Positions 20,071 to 20,230 of a stretch of 20,230 nucleotides of DNA are shown here, piece by piece. How positions within the stretch are numbered: position 1 is the first letter of the stretch; each line of letters opens with the position of its first letter. The translations under genes and the position numbers were made by a program. The notes beneath the pieces were generated by a model. The model ran no database searches and was not told the origin of the DNA. It saw only the letters and a program-made list of their open reading frames with translations. The stretch is taken from assembly GCA_965261975.1 (NCBI GenBank), contig CBDHEC010000001.1, forward strand, positions 1 to 20,230. Direction: 5' to 3'. The stretch is from Alphaproteobacteria bacterium. GTDB lineage: Bacteria > Pseudomonadota > Alphaproteobacteria > UBA6615.

Positions 20071-20230
20071 GCCGCATCCGCGGGTGAGTTGCCGAATACA
20101 CGTGTCGCGAAGGCCGGATAGGTCTCGGCCACCTCGTCGGCAACCCGACCGCGCAACAGTTCGAGGGTCGCCGCGTCAGGCAATTCGGTCTCGGGCACCT
20201 GGTCGGGTGCGTCGTAGTCGAAGCCGGTGT
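20067..20230 (-). CDS. C-terminal end of a probable family I CoA-transferase beta subunit (GctB/PcaJ-like); 5' part outside the window
   Basis: Minus-strand frame TGFDYDAPDQVPETELPDAATLELLRGRVADEVAETYPAFATRVFGNSPADAA*, stop at 20067-20069. TGF...P..T..P....L.LLR is typical of these subunit tails. Confidence 0.65.
   Translation of the reverse strand, partial: TGFDYDAPDQVPETELPDAATLELLRGRVADEVAETYPAFATRVFGNSPADAA

Overview
GC-rich bacterial window, probably alphaproteobacterial (inferred from gene content and composition by eye). Left to right it holds: the 3' part of a fumarylacetoacetate-hydrolase-family gene; a cueR-copA copper module with a canonical CueR box and 19-bp-spacer promoter (the FAH gene and copA carry clustered frameshifts that look like sequencing errors); a minus-strand aromatic-acid catabolic cluster next to a divergent MarR regulator; a lipoprotein penicillin-acylase-family gene paired with a GH3 amido-synthetase-family gene; and a minus-strand CoA-transferase / CaiB / oxaloacetate-decarboxylase run interrupted by an oppositely oriented DUF1036-like gene. 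The aromatic cluster comprises a thioesterase, a TRAP transporter, a 2Fe-2S/FAD reductase, an SDR, a small stand-alone PaaA-like di-iron protein, gentisate 1,2-dioxygenase, a hypothetical protein and an orphan ADP-forming acyl-CoA ligase alpha subunit. The two best candidates for an undescribed system are (1) a CoA-thioester-dependent, minimal di-iron oxygenase route into gentisate and (2) a GH3 + Ntn-acylase amide make/break pair. All family calls come from motif recognition; no database searches were run.
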